Shown piece by piece: positions 12,400-25,434 of a DNA stretch of 64,000 nucleotides. The DNA is taken from contig OX597814.1 of NCBI GenBank assembly GCA_951406725.2, positions 157,480,001 to 157,544,000 of the forward strand. Direction: 5' to 3'. The notes beneath the pieces are model-generated. The model did not search any database, was not told the DNA's origin, and saw only the letters and a list, made by a program, of their open reading frames with translations. This DNA is from Octopus vulgaris (Eukaryota). The first letter of the stretch is position 1. Each line of letters opens with the position of its first letter. Made by a program: the position numbers and the translations under genes.

Positions 12400-13900
12400 C
12401 ATTGCACTCACCAACCACATTGCACTGCAACCACAATTTCGAACGGTATCCAATTTCTGGAATCTCGAAACTAGTTAAAATTATAATACTCATAGAATCA
12501 GAAGTATCAATCACTTTTCTATTCACACTCTCCAAGATTCTAAATCTGAGAATCTTGAACTTTACTCACCTAGGCCTCACTCCTCTCAAAATCACATCTA
12601 AATTCAAACTTCAACACTCAGCCATTACACCAAACAAAAAAATGAATGTTCACGTTTACTGATCCCCACCATCCCACCAATTAAATTCTTTTCACACAAA
12701 TGAATCTATCTGCCAACGACCTAACCAATGTTTTCTATTTTATGTCCTTCCACCTTCTCTACTAAAATTTTTGACAATCTGTACAAAGATAAAATGCTGC
12801 CTAGTTAACTATCAGGCTAAATTCACAAACATCACATTTCCAGGTCTTGCCATTTTTCAGATAGATTATTACAGGTGTCCGTTTTCTCACGCAATCTTTT
12901 AACTTATACATGCACAATTCAGGGATATTTCACAAAGATTTACAGATGAAACTTCATATGCAGATTGATTCACATTAATACTGTTCATCATTCTTCAGAA
13001 AATGCTGCACAACTGTTCTAACCTTGCTTAAATTACTTAGAAAAATAAATTCATAAAATAAGATATAGAGTAGCACCTACCAATGCACTAATTCCTTTTT
13101 TACCAGCAATACTAAAAATCGTCATCACCTACGGTCAGCAATTGCACTTAGCAATCTAAACATTACATAGAATCAGGGAAGATAAAATTACTGATTATAT
13201 TCAACTTCGTTAGAACATTCGTAACGTACCCAGGATACATAGTAAAAAAACAAAATGGATTAGAAATATATTTACCAATCAATACGGTTGTATAACAGAA
13301 GAAACAACAGCTACGATGTAAAAATATTTCATTTGACCCATCATGGATTACGGTAGTCCTCTCTGAGCTCCAACACTTCCACAAAAACTCACGTATTTTG
13401 CGAAGATATAGAACAGCGCTATCTGCACTATAACAAGCTGTACACATACTGTATTCCGAGATTCAATACACAAGGAAATAAAACATTAAAAATGAAACAT
13501 TATTTGGATGTGTGTGAGACATACTTTGTTGCCGTAGAAAACTTCAGTTGCCCGTGATCCTTTTAATGCACGACAAATTACTTACAAATAACAATATATC
13601 CAACACCTCAGAGAACGTCGCGCAACAACGTTTTAAAACACTGTCTCTCACAATCAGTCGTGCTAAACATAAAGACATATACCCTCAGAAAATATTCATA
13701 ACTTTAATAGCCTTGTTAATTCCCGACAATGCGCTGAAATGCAGCCGACAAACATTAACCGCAGATGCATAACAAGTAAAATGCTATAACGGAGTCTTCT
13801 TAGCTTGCCCACGCTCTAACCACTACTAAAATCTATAGGCTTACGGAAATAGACCGGGCAATAGAGACATTGCAACATAGCCTGAGTGTCACCTTACTAT
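12400..13900 (+). mobile_element. Highly degenerate I/Jockey-group LINE ORF2 remnant
   Basis: Remnants resembling QGxxxSxxxFNLYM...FxD at ~12870-12950 and IMDYGSPL*AP...NSAI..ITSC at ~13340-13445; boundaries uncertain. Confidence 0.45.
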
Positions 13901-14460
13901 CCATACGATTCAGCACCACATGTCGGGATGAGCAGTATAGATCTCAGCTGGATGGAGATGAAGTACTGAAAAGATTGCTCTCTGACCTATGCTTCGTCTT
14001 TCGAGAATATTTATGCAATAAGACTGCACGAACAGGGAGACCTGAGGAAAAACAACAACAAAAATTAGAACAATAAAAAAAAGCAAACTAGAAATTATTG
14101 GATGCACTCGTTAATATCTACCGACGAGCATTTTGACAGTTGAAATTTGCTCAATTAAGCTTTCCAACTTTTGCAGCAACCAGAAAGGAAAGACCTCAAA
14201 ATTTCTGGGCTTTAGGATTATTATATTTATATTATATTCCTTAGGTTCTAGATTTCAAGAATTTGAAATTATTGATACACGTATGTGCAGATGTTGGTGA
14301 ATATATAGTTTCTTCTTATTGAATCAAAGAAGAGGGGCACACATCTATTATCGGAATATTCCCTAACGCATTTTTGTAAATAACCTATAGTTTGACCAAC
14401 AAAAGCCCAGACGATAGGACAACTTCAAACTAACAATTACACAATTTCTACAAAACTTTA

Positions 14461-14675
14461 AGGCAGCGAGCTGGCAGAAACGTTGTCACGCCGGGCCGAA
14501 ATGCTTTGCGGTATTTCGTCTGTCTACGTTCTGAGTTCAAATTGTGCCGACGTCGACTTTGCCTTTCATCCTTCGGGGTCGATAAATTAAGTGCCAGTTA
14601 CGCAACGGGATCGAAATAATCGACTGGCTCCCTCCCAAATATTCTGGGCCTTGTGCTTAGAGTAGAAAAGAATTA
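14461..14675 (+). mobile_element. tRNA-derived SINE with conserved central domain (Meta-domain-like)
   Basis: A-box-like TGGCAGAAACG, B-box-like GAGTTCAAAT, central GTCGACTTTGCCTTTCATCCTTCGGGGTCGATAAA; several other copies in the window. Confidence 0.8.
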
Positions 14676-16924
14676 CCGAAAAACATTATCTCACGCACGT
14701 ACGGTAGAACAGGTGCAGTTTAAAGATGTTACTTTTGTAAAATACAGTATAATAGTTTCTCTCCGCTAAATAAAGTGATGGTAATAGGGATCACGACAAG
14801 GAAAATGGTAATGACGATAAGAGATGTAGAAAGATTTGAAGAAATAAAACCGGTGGCTATCCATTACAGACTGGTTGAAGAACAGCACCTACAAACTTGA
14901 AGATGTTAACTGATGGCGACTTTGCTTATAGAACACATGTGAACTACCGAGATTGTACTATTACACTTGGCTCAAAGACACAACTAATATTTGTTCCTTA
15001 TTGAATAAAAACTACAAAGTCTTCAAATCGCTTTTCAAAGAAATTCCTGAAATACAAAATCCTACAGAACAGCATGAAAAAATAAAGTTGGTATATTGAT
15101 GAAATCATTATTACATGATAAAACACTAAAACGTTACTTTATGGTTACTCAAACACTTCTTGATTGCTAAGAATAAAAGTGAACCTAGCCACATCTGCAG
15201 CATGATTCATAAATTTCGTAAAATTCAAATCTTTGATCATTTTACAAATCTCAAGACCATCAAATATCAAAGATTACTTTTTCAGTTTGTCAGTACAAAC
15301 TGCAAGTAATTGTCAATCAATATATTTGGAGCAATCACCGTTCTCTTCCAAAGCCTTCATAAGTTTCATCTTCATAAGGAGTGGTGATAGACATATTTTA
15401 TATTTGCCAGCCAACGTCTCTTGTATTATGTGTACAGCACCTACAGTTGTGTTTTCCCTTAAAGTCTATTTCACTATTTTCTAATGATCTTACTTTGTTC
15501 TATTATTCTATAAGTAGATGAAATATACACTTTAATATTTTTCAATGCAAAAATTTCAATATCTACTGGTCGACACGTAAAATATTTCTGATCATGATAA
15601 GAGACCTCATATAAGACTATTTTGACATTTTTTTATATTCTTCTTTGAGTGTTACTGGACGAGTAAGTAAAGTTGATGAATAACAGTTACGATTTTGCTG
15701 CAAAGAATTTTTCAAGTTTAAGTTCTGTATCTTGGCAGAAGTAAGGAAGAAGTTCCTCCACTCTTGATCAATAAGTTTTTATTTTAACTTCATGTATAAA
15801 TCAACTAGTCTGGATGCTAAGATAAAATTATTCCTTCAATACTTCTAAGCAACTGATCGTTAAATGGGATTAAAATCATTTTGAGTGTATCCATTAAATC
15901 AAAAGCAAGAGTCAATGTTACGAAAATGCAGTTACATTTAGACTCAGCTTCCATAAAATATTCCGAATTCCTTCAAATATTTTGGCAACTAAAAAATCTT
16001 TTGCATATAAACCGTTAACTACCTGACACTCCACGGCAACATTAATCCAGCATTTCATTCTTACTCATAGTTTTTCTCCTTGTCCAAAGATTTCTCTGTA
16101 ATAGATGTTACGAGATGTTCTTTTAATATCTATATTTTACACGATGTATTATATTTTATGGTGGGTACTAAAACTACAAATATATAGAGAAATATATTTG
16201 CTTCTTAGAAGATTTACGACATACTGTCCTTCAAGGCAAAATATTTTTCTAATGTTCAAAATGACATTATTTCATCTACTTCTAACCCATCACAACAAAC
16301 TATCCTTATAGTATACATAAACACTAAAATTACAGCTTTCTACTGAAGAATTACTTTTGAAATTTTAAATCATTCTCCAAGTTTCAACCAAATTAACCAC
16401 ATGACATATCTGATATACATATAGTGGCTGTCTGTTTCTTGCAGAGCTTGCATTCCTCATGCACTTGCAATACGTCTTTCCCAGTATGTGATCTTAAATG
16501 ACCTCTGAGCCATGAAAGGGCTTTCAAGGGCTGATCGAATATGCTGTAGCAATGTCTTGTTTTAGCATTGGCTACATCTGTGATAGCATTTCTAGGCCAA
16601 TGATCTGGTCAGCTGGAGTGGGTGAGACTTCTCAGTGTTACGATGTGGAAGTGTTGTTTTGTTTTTCTCGGTAATAGTGCACGTGCTTGCTGCTTATGTT
16701 GGTGAATAGATTTCTCCTGTTACTCCCTCTGTTAATGGTGCTGTTGCTTTGACGTACGACACTCATTTTTTATTACTGGTGATGTAGGCGTTATTGCTGT
16801 TGTTGATACTCCTGTTGTTTCTGTTGCTGTTGTTATTGTTATGGTAGAGGTGTCTGCAGCAGGGTGTTCATTATCACTTTTATCTGCGCGGGCAGAAATC
16901 CTTGAAATGCTTTTTTTGTTTTTT

Positions 16925-17536
16925 TCACCATGTATCGCATGAAGTGGAGGTTATCGTGGATGGATCTTTTCGGGATGGCGTATGTCTATGCCTCCTTGAC
17001 CAGATCACCGACGACAAGCGCCAAACTCGTAGATAATACCTTGGCCAAACTTTGAACTCTGTATTTAGCAGAGTAATGGGTCTAAATTCCCCCTTGTTCG
17101 GGTCTTTACTCAGCAACTCCATTGCTTGTCGGTACACAAAACTACGAATGTTCTCATTCTGTTGCCAGCTGCAGTAAACGTTTGCCAAGAGGTCACCTAG
17201 CAAGTCTGACATGTAAGCATAAACCTTGTAGGGCAGACCAGCAAAACTAGGCAATTTACCCCTCTTGCAGCTAGCCATTGCTTCACGTATTTCAAAGGCT
17301 ATTATCGGCCTTTCGCATCTCTCCCCCGCCTCTGCTGAGAGCTGCGGAAGCTCGTCGAAGTAGGATGAGAAATCCATCCTGCGACTCGGCTCACCGATGC
17401 TTCCGAATAGTTGAGTAAAATGCCGCTGAAAAGCCGCACACATCTGTTTCGCATCAATTATCAAATGCCCATCGCGATCTAGCGATGATCGGATCGTGGA
17501 TTTATTGTCACGCCGTGCCCATTGAACAGTTGCCAA
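16925..17536 (-). mobile_element. Tx1/L1-like LINE ORF2 fragment
   Basis: MCAAFQRHFTQLFG, KLPSFAGLPYKVY and FRPITLLNTEFK; homologous to 62067-63983. Confidence 0.85.
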
Positions 17537-18424
17537 TATGTGTATGAATGAATGTGCGTATGTATGTATATAACAATTTCTTTGATATGCACTCTGCTTT
17601 CAATACACAAATTAGAGAGTAGGGTGAATTTGGGCGAATGTGAATTGTAAAAAATTACAATATGACCGATCCTCTACTAACAGACACATACACCACCACA
17701 CACATACTTGTCAGTCATCGGCCTAACCTAGGTGATGAACGCGCAAACACACACACACTGACAGACACATACACTCATATAGAAAATGTGACGTCGTCGT
17801 CGTCATGGAATAAAATGTCGTTTACGATATTTCACTTAAATCCTTAAAATCCTTTAAAATGTTTTAGCCCGAAGGCCACGGCCATACTGCGGCACCACCG
17901 CTAAAGATTATAATTTAAAATTTTTGTGATTTAAATATGTAAACGAAAATAAAGATTATTTGATAGCCGGAAAAAAAACTGAATCTTTAGATACCCCATA
18001 CGTCAACATCGGCAACTCAGTTTTCGAATACACGAAGAACATACGCGCACACACACACACACTTAAACTCTCTTATATATATATATATAGATATAGATAT
18101 TTAGATATACATGCAAACATACATATATACATGCTACATATATTTCAATAACAGTTTATACTCCAGTATTCACACAAGTTCAACCAAACGGAGAATACAT
18201 TACCTGCGCTTTGATATATATATTTTTATGTCATCTATAGTTCTAGCATTCACCAGTTCATATTCCAGAGTTCATAGAAATCCCTGATACAAGTTGATTC
18301 ATCATAGAAAATGTCATACTAATTGGTGTGACCAGCTTTTGTGGTACATTATCTTGAACGCCGGTTCAAGAATATACACTACTCCTCAAGGTATGTACAT
18401 TCATACTCTCTCACACAAAGACTT

Positions 18425-18489
<65 letters not shown>

Positions 18490-18681
18490 TCTGTGTGTGT
18501 GTGTGTGTATGTGTGCGTGCGTGCGTGAGTGTTTGCGCGCGCACAGAAATTTTCAATATACAGAATATATTATTACTCAACAGTTGTATTGTGTTTTTCA
18601 TTCTTGAAGCAGTTCTTCCTCCGCACAATTCATACATACATACATACATACATACATAATACTTACATACATACATACATA

Positions 18682-18879
18682 TCAACCAATACCTGATGCA
18701 CAAATGTAACAGAGTCGCAGGAAAAAGCAGCAACATTTCATACTCGATAGAGATTTTGTGAAGTGAACGCCAAAGATATCCACATCGTAAGCAGTTGTCC
18801 GAAAAAAGCCATCACGATATTATTTACTGATGAGATGTGGTGTTATAGCTAGGATACTGTATTATAAGATCCGTCAGAA

Positions 18880-18882
<3 letters not shown>
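18682..18882 (+). mobile_element. RLE LINE fragment (CCHC zinc-knuckle region)
   Basis: RFCEVNAKDI-HIVSSCPKK..RYYLLMRCGVIARILYYKI, degenerate; flanked by (CATA)n and (TA)n. Confidence 0.55.
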
Positions 18883-18935
<53 letters not shown>

Positions 18936-18969
18936 TAATAATAATAATAATAATAATAATAATGATAAC

Positions 18970-19030
<61 letters not shown>

Positions 19031-19514
19031 TCGCAGTTCACTATTCTAGAAATTTCATTACAATCGGTTCTTTCAATTTTGCTGTTACTACATGAAAATA
19101 ATGGGGGAAATTAATGCAAAGTCAATTCTCAATGGCCTTTCTAACCTTTATTACCGTACGCGTCATTGATGTAGTATATTCCAGGCCAACAGCCTGTTGA
19201 TGTAGACATATGCTCAGTCATGATCTTCCCGACTTTTCAGAGACATTAACAAATAATAAGTCCTTTCTTTGGCTCTATTTTAAATACGGGGAATAGGCAA
19301 CAAAGAAAAGAGTAGTGACGACGTTCTTATGGATAAAACAAAAAAATAATTACTAGGCGCTATAGTAAGAGCTATATGCCTTGGTCAACTTTGCAAGTAG
19401 TAGGATTAGAGCATGTCAAAACTTTTGAACATTTAAGCAACATCCTATCAATGCAATAAAAATACACTTTCATAGATTGAAGGTGAAAGGGAGATAACTC
19501 TCTATTTAAATAAC

Positions 19515-19630
19515 AATCTTTTCTACTGTATACTCATGGTTTGGATTTTAGGGAGGCTTTAGTCGATCGAATCGACTCCAGTACACGCCTGGTGCTTATT
19601 TTCTGGACCCTGAAAGGAGTAAAGGTACAG
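19515..19630 (-). mobile_element. SINE fragment (14461 family)
   Basis: tctttctact...agtcgat...atcgac.ccagtac...ctggt.cttattt...gaccc.gaaagga. Confidence 0.55.
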
Positions 19631-20426
19631 TTTTAGAGACTTCACAGTGAAAAAAAAACTTTTTTTGAGAGGCTGAAAGAAAGAATTTCCCTATAGCCAG
19701 TAAACACAGTCGTTAGTCATTTGACGTTAGATACAAAATAAACCAAGCTGGACAAAACTGCTAAATCGGATGGTTTTGTATCACCCAGGCTAAAAATCGC
19801 TCGTCCAGTATTTGCAGTTATAATTTAATTTTATCTATGATTGTTTTGTGACTGCTATAACAATCAATGGATAAATTAATCGGACAACCTGTTTAATTTA
19901 AGTCATTCTTAATAACATCATTTTACCACGATCTTTTAACATGGTGTTAAACTTGATGGCAGCTTTTAGTTTTCTCTTATGTAGTTCTGATTAAAAATTG
20001 CTGGTCAGATCTCAATAATGATCATTTATACATAAATCTTCATTCCATATAAGGCTGAAGATGTGACTTTAAACGAGTAAAGCTTATTTCACCTAATTAT
20101 TAATTAACTGTCACAGAGAAACGTGTAAAGACGTTTGAAATAAATCAATTCCACAATTAATGTTCTTATCATATAACATTTATCCGTAGTATATGATCAT
20201 TAGAGTCTACATAACTATAATCTTAGCTGATCGTGTAAAAATACATATTCTTCTCTCATGCGTTAACTTTGGAGTGTAGTGTACGGAGAAGTGCTATAAC
20301 TCATTGGTTTTATCACGAATATTTTAATTAAGCATATCGAAAATATTACATATGTATATACACTGTGTCTGTGTTTTACGCATATATACTTATTCAAACA
20401 TACATACATATACACACTTCACTTTA

Positions 20427-20466
<40 letters not shown>

Positions 20467-20467
<1 letters not shown>

Positions 20468-21100
20468 TGTTGTGTCTGGGGAGAGTCATTCTCTTTTGAT
20501 GCCTTATAATTTAACACACTCACACGTATGGAGATGCACATCCAGATATACAAACACGGTGCATAGTTGCAAAACACGCACGCACATACTCCGACATGCA
20601 CACACAAGGAATCAGAGGTACACACACACATATGCAAACACACACACACACACGCACACACGCACATGCATAAAAACACACAAACATGGACATACAAACA
20701 CATGAATATGCAGAATACATACAAATGTACACATAAATAGATACATATGCACACACACACATATATGTATACACACATGCATACATACGTACATATATAC
20801 ATGCGTGCATGTACGTATAGGCACACACACACACACACACCGATCCACACGCATGGGCACAAAGAAAGAAAAAGGAGCGCAGTGTGAGTAACGGACAGAG
20901 TAAAAGCTATTGAAAAGGTTACAAGAGGCAACGAAAATTTTGGAAAAATAAAAAATAAACAAGTAGAAATTTTACCGGTGAGTGTGTTGAATTATAAGGT
21001 ACCAAAAGTGAATGACTCTCCCCACATACAACAGAATATGCTTCAACACACGAACTCATATAAAAAATCTTGCAAACCAAATCCAAAAACGAAATATATA
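20467..21100 (+). mobile_element. Non-coding PLE-like pLTR remnant with inverted arm, hammerhead-like motif and short intron-like segment
   Basis: Inverted repeat 20467-20523 / 20978-21034; HHR-like motif 20907-20943; adjacent (TA)n; a second copy lies at 31942-32072. Confidence 0.6.
20907..20943 (+). ncRNA. Hammerhead-like motif (U3-A8, AATT palindromic stem III)
   Basis: CTA-TTGAAAA-g-GTTAC-aagag-GCAAC-GAAA-AT-TT-TGG; the paralog at 32036-32072 has a perfect GTTGC/GCAAC stem II. Confidence 0.5.
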
Positions 21101-21442
21101 TCAGTTCAAATCGCACGTGTCTTGAATGGGCTGGAGTATTTCTATTTTGGATGTATTTGGGGTAGTTAATTGTGCTCATGACTTAGTGTTTTGCTTCTTC
21201 CATGGGTATGAGTAAGTATCTCATTTATTTCTTTGCCACATTTATCACTGACGAAAGGGGGGTTCTCACGAACTAACCCTGAAATCGTTCCGATATGGTA
21301 ATAATAGAATTTAAAAAAAATTATGTTGGTTTTTTTTCGAGTAGCGTGCGTATTGTGATAAATTATATAGTAATGGACAATATGTCCAATTTTCGGCATA
21401 TTTGGCATTAGAATCTTTTTCGTTTGCCCTTATTTGTAAGTT

Positions 21443-21498
<56 letters not shown>

Positions 21499-21502
21499 TA
21501 TA

Positions 21503-21543
<41 letters not shown>

Positions 21544-21584
21544 TGAGAGAGAGAGAGACATAGATAGATAGATGCATACATACA

Positions 21585-21631
<47 letters not shown>

Positions 21632-22820
21632 TATATATGCATACATATACACAATTGTCTTGTCAGTTCATAGAACACCATAAATCCTTCATCCTCCCTT
21701 GGAAAGCTGGTAATTATGCAAAGCCTATATTTATAGTAAGTGGGGAAACAAACAAAAGACGAAGAGCATCTAATAGCTTCAGGCTACTATTAAGGAGCCA
21801 AAGTTTGTTTCAGTGTAACTTTACATCAACTCCGACCCAAGTAAAATCTTATTAGAAAAATAACGAACTAATTTCGGCTTGATGATGCATAACTGAAATT
21901 TCCTTTGAAAATGTCTAAGTCGTTATAAATTTTTTCAGCTCAGTAACATGGACGATCGAATTTAGGACCGACAGAAAGAAATCGCCGTTTATGATACTTA
22001 ATACTTCCTTTCTTACAAATATCAAGAAACTCTTTTTCCTTCTCTCTCACTCTCTCTCTCTCTCTTTCATACGCACACGCACACACACACGCACACACAC
22101 ATACGCACGCGCACACACAATTTTGACAATTGTGTCAAGGTTCTCTCTACTGTATAATTGATTGCCATGTTATCAATGTTACACTTAATGACGTTTGACA
22201 CTGATTCCGAGAAGTTGTAGTTCAACAGAGGGCGAGGTTTGGTTGAATAGTTTTTGACATTTACTGCCATTCGGGAATTGTTTACAGATGAGGAATTCGA
22301 AATATTTTGCATCATTGGTTTCGTACACCATTATTGTATTGCTGATTATAGCGCCTACATTTAAAGGCGTTGATTACTTCTTTGTATTTAATTCACATAC
22401 TCTCTTTTCTTTCCTTCGCTCAGTGGTATTCTATCCTTCTCTCCTTTAACGTTGTGTAGTACAACAAAACAGGTATTAATGACTTCAAAGAAGGGAAACT
22501 GTGGGATTTTCTTCATTTTCACCAGTAGATTTTTAGAATAATTTCTTTGTAACTAAACACTTTTAAATTTCGTATACTGGTAAAATGTGTTACATGAAAC
22601 ATCTTTTTCTCTTGGCTTTCTTGAGAAAATTCTGCAGTTTCTAAGCTATTTGTTGTTTCGGAAAAGCTATTTCGGAAAAGATCCGAAACTGTGAGTTTAT
22701 GACCAATGAAGAGCGACAATAGGAGGAAGGTTGAAAGAAACTGTATACAGGATCACAGAGGCTGTAGCAACCACAGTACAGGAGTAGAATTAGTAGCAGT
22801 AACAGCAGTAGCAGCAGCAA

Positions 22821-22875
<55 letters not shown>

Positions 22876-23136
22876 TGTAGTAGTAGTAGTGGCGGTGTCG
22901 GTTGTGTTGGTGGTGGTTGTGCTGTTGTTAGTGTTGGTAGTGGTGGTGTTGGTGTTGTTGTCGATGGACGTGATCGTGGTTGTTGTAAGAATAGCAGGAG
23001 CCACAGCAGCAGTAAAAGCGATAGAAGTTGTAAAAACATTACTGGCAACAATAAGGTAGCCAATTAATGAAATAGCAGAAACACTTTCGGTAATTAAATG
23101 AGTAAATAGAAAGAATAACAAATTTGATTAAAGGTG

Positions 23137-23182
23137 ATAAATAATAATAATGATAACAACAACAACAACGACAATAATAATG

Positions 23183-23220
<38 letters not shown>

Positions 23221-23221
23221 T

Positions 23222-23309
<88 letters not shown>

Positions 23310-23316
23310 TAATAAT

Positions 23317-23370
<54 letters not shown>

Positions 23371-23392
23371 TACAATAATAATAATAATAATA
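23137..23392. repeat. (AAT)n microsatellite, target of RLE LINEs
   Basis: Directly visible. Confidence 0.97.
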
Positions 23393-25397
23393 AACAGAAA
23401 GAAGAAAGGCCTCAGTATGGCCTGGATTGACTACAAAAAGGTGTTTGATAGCATCCCCCACACATGGATCCTCGAAACACTAGCCATTAACAAAGTAGCA
23501 CCAACAATCATAAAATTCATAGAGCACTCTATGAATAAATGGCAAACAGTCCTACACCTCCAAACAAAAGAGGGACTCATGAACACCAAAGACATCCCCA
23601 TTAGAAGAGGAATATTCCAGGGAGACACGCTCTCTCCACTCCTTTTCTACTTGGCACTGTCACCTCTATCTGATATGCTAAATAGAACTGGATGCGGATA
23701 TAAATGTTACGGCAAAACGATCAGCCACCTTTTATATATGGATGACCTAAAACTATACGCTGCAAATGACAAACAGCTGGAAACACTATTAAAGACAGTT
23801 CATGGATTCACCAAAGAAATAGATATGAAATTTGGATTAGAAAAATGCGCCAAAGTAACCATGAAAAGAGGAAAACTAGTTAAGAGTAACAACATCACAC
23901 TAGATAAAACCAATAAAATAAAAGAATTAGACCAAAGCTAAACTTACAAATACTCAGGAATCCATGAACTAGATAAGACACAACACACACAAATGAAAGA
24001 GAAAATAAAAAAAGAATATTATAGACGAGTTAGATCAATACTAAACACAGAGCTCAATGCTAAAAACAAGATAATAGGTATCAACACCTTAGCTGTCCCA
24101 GTTATAAGTTACAGCTACAATATCCTTAACTGGACACGAAATGAACTGACCAAAATAGATAGGAAAACAAGAAAAATAATGACAGGATCTAGGATGCATC
24201 ACCCAAAATCTGATATAGAAAGACTATATTTACAACGTAGAGAAGGTGGTAGAGGCCTTATACTGCTGGAAAACTACTATAAAATAACCACCATAGGACT
24301 GCAAAAATATCTACTTCAGAAGGAAGGAAAACTGATCCAGATAGCGGCAAAACACGAGCAAAACAAAAAAACTGTTCTCAGTATTTAAGGAAGCTGACAA
24401 ATACAAACAAGAAATCATACCACCTAATAAACATGAAGAAGAAGAAGAAGAAGAAGATGAAGAAACAACAAAAGCTATAAAACAAATGAAATCCAAACTA
24501 AAAATAGAACAGCAACGAACCATGATAAAACGATGGCAAGAAAAGCCCCTTCATGGTAAATACTGGACTAAACTAAACGCAAAAGAAATAGTCAAAGAAA
24601 AATCCCAGCAATGGTTGAGAAGCTCAGGACTCAAAGCAGAAACAGAGGGATTTTTAATTGCAGCACAAGACCAAAGCCTCCCCACCAGAAATTACCAAAA
24701 ACATGTAATGAAAAGAAATATTACAAGTAACTGCAGAATATGTGGAGATGGACAAGAAACAATAAATCATATTATCTCTAGCTGCCCAGTCCTGGCTAAG
24801 AAGGAATATATTCACAGACATGACAGAGTTGGAACCTACATACATTGGAAGCTATGCCAACATTATGGAATAACAACAGAAAAAAGATGGTATAGGCACA
24901 CACCAGAAAAGGTCACAGAAAACGAGAAAGCAACCATACTCTGGGATATGCCGATACACACAGATAGAGAAATTAAGGCCAACAGACCAGATATAGTTGT
25001 CAGAGATCATGAAGAAAAAAATGCTTTCTAATTGATGTATCAATACCGGCTGATGACAACGTGTCTCTAAAAGAAATGGAGAAACTCTCAAAATACAAAG
25101 ACCTGGAAATAGAGGTAACTAGAATGTGGAATCTGAAAACAGAAACAATTCCTATCATAGTAGGTGCATTAGGCATGATAAGAAAATATTCAGACAAATA
25201 CATAACAAAAACCCCAGGACTTACAAACACATATAACATACAGAAAATTGCACTACTAGGCACTGCACACATCCTACGCAGAACACTTTCCATACAATAA
25301 CCATCAGAGCATCACAACAAATCACAGCACATACCCAAGGCACACAGAGCTGCGCTCGGTAGTGAAGTGAAAGCACGCTATAAAAATAAAACTACTG
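23393..25397 (+). mobile_element. Dong/R4-like RLE LINE family A, copy 1 (5'-truncated)
   Basis: WIDYKKVFD, GIFQGDTLSP, LYMDDLKL, CRICG..ETINHIISSC, RHD, RPDIVV..LIDVSIP..K..KY; one stop and two frameshifts; (AAT)n on both sides. Confidence 0.93.
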
Positions 25398-25434
25398 AAT
25401 AATAATAATAATGATAATAATAATAATAATAATA

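Noticed and set aside
14461-14560. tRNA gene
   Set aside because: A/B boxes belong to a multi-copy SINE head; no cloverleaf.
15180-16300. Possible hAT-like transposase remnant on the minus strand
   Set aside because: Only faint motif resemblance, too degraded to support.
23150-23941. ORF fusing poly-Ile to an RT
   Set aside because: Chance in-frame read-through from the (AAT)n target into a 5'-truncated LINE.
25049-25080. CTGATGA...GAAA in LINE family A
   Set aside because: Coding sequence (ADDNVSLKE) with no stems, and not conserved in copy 2.
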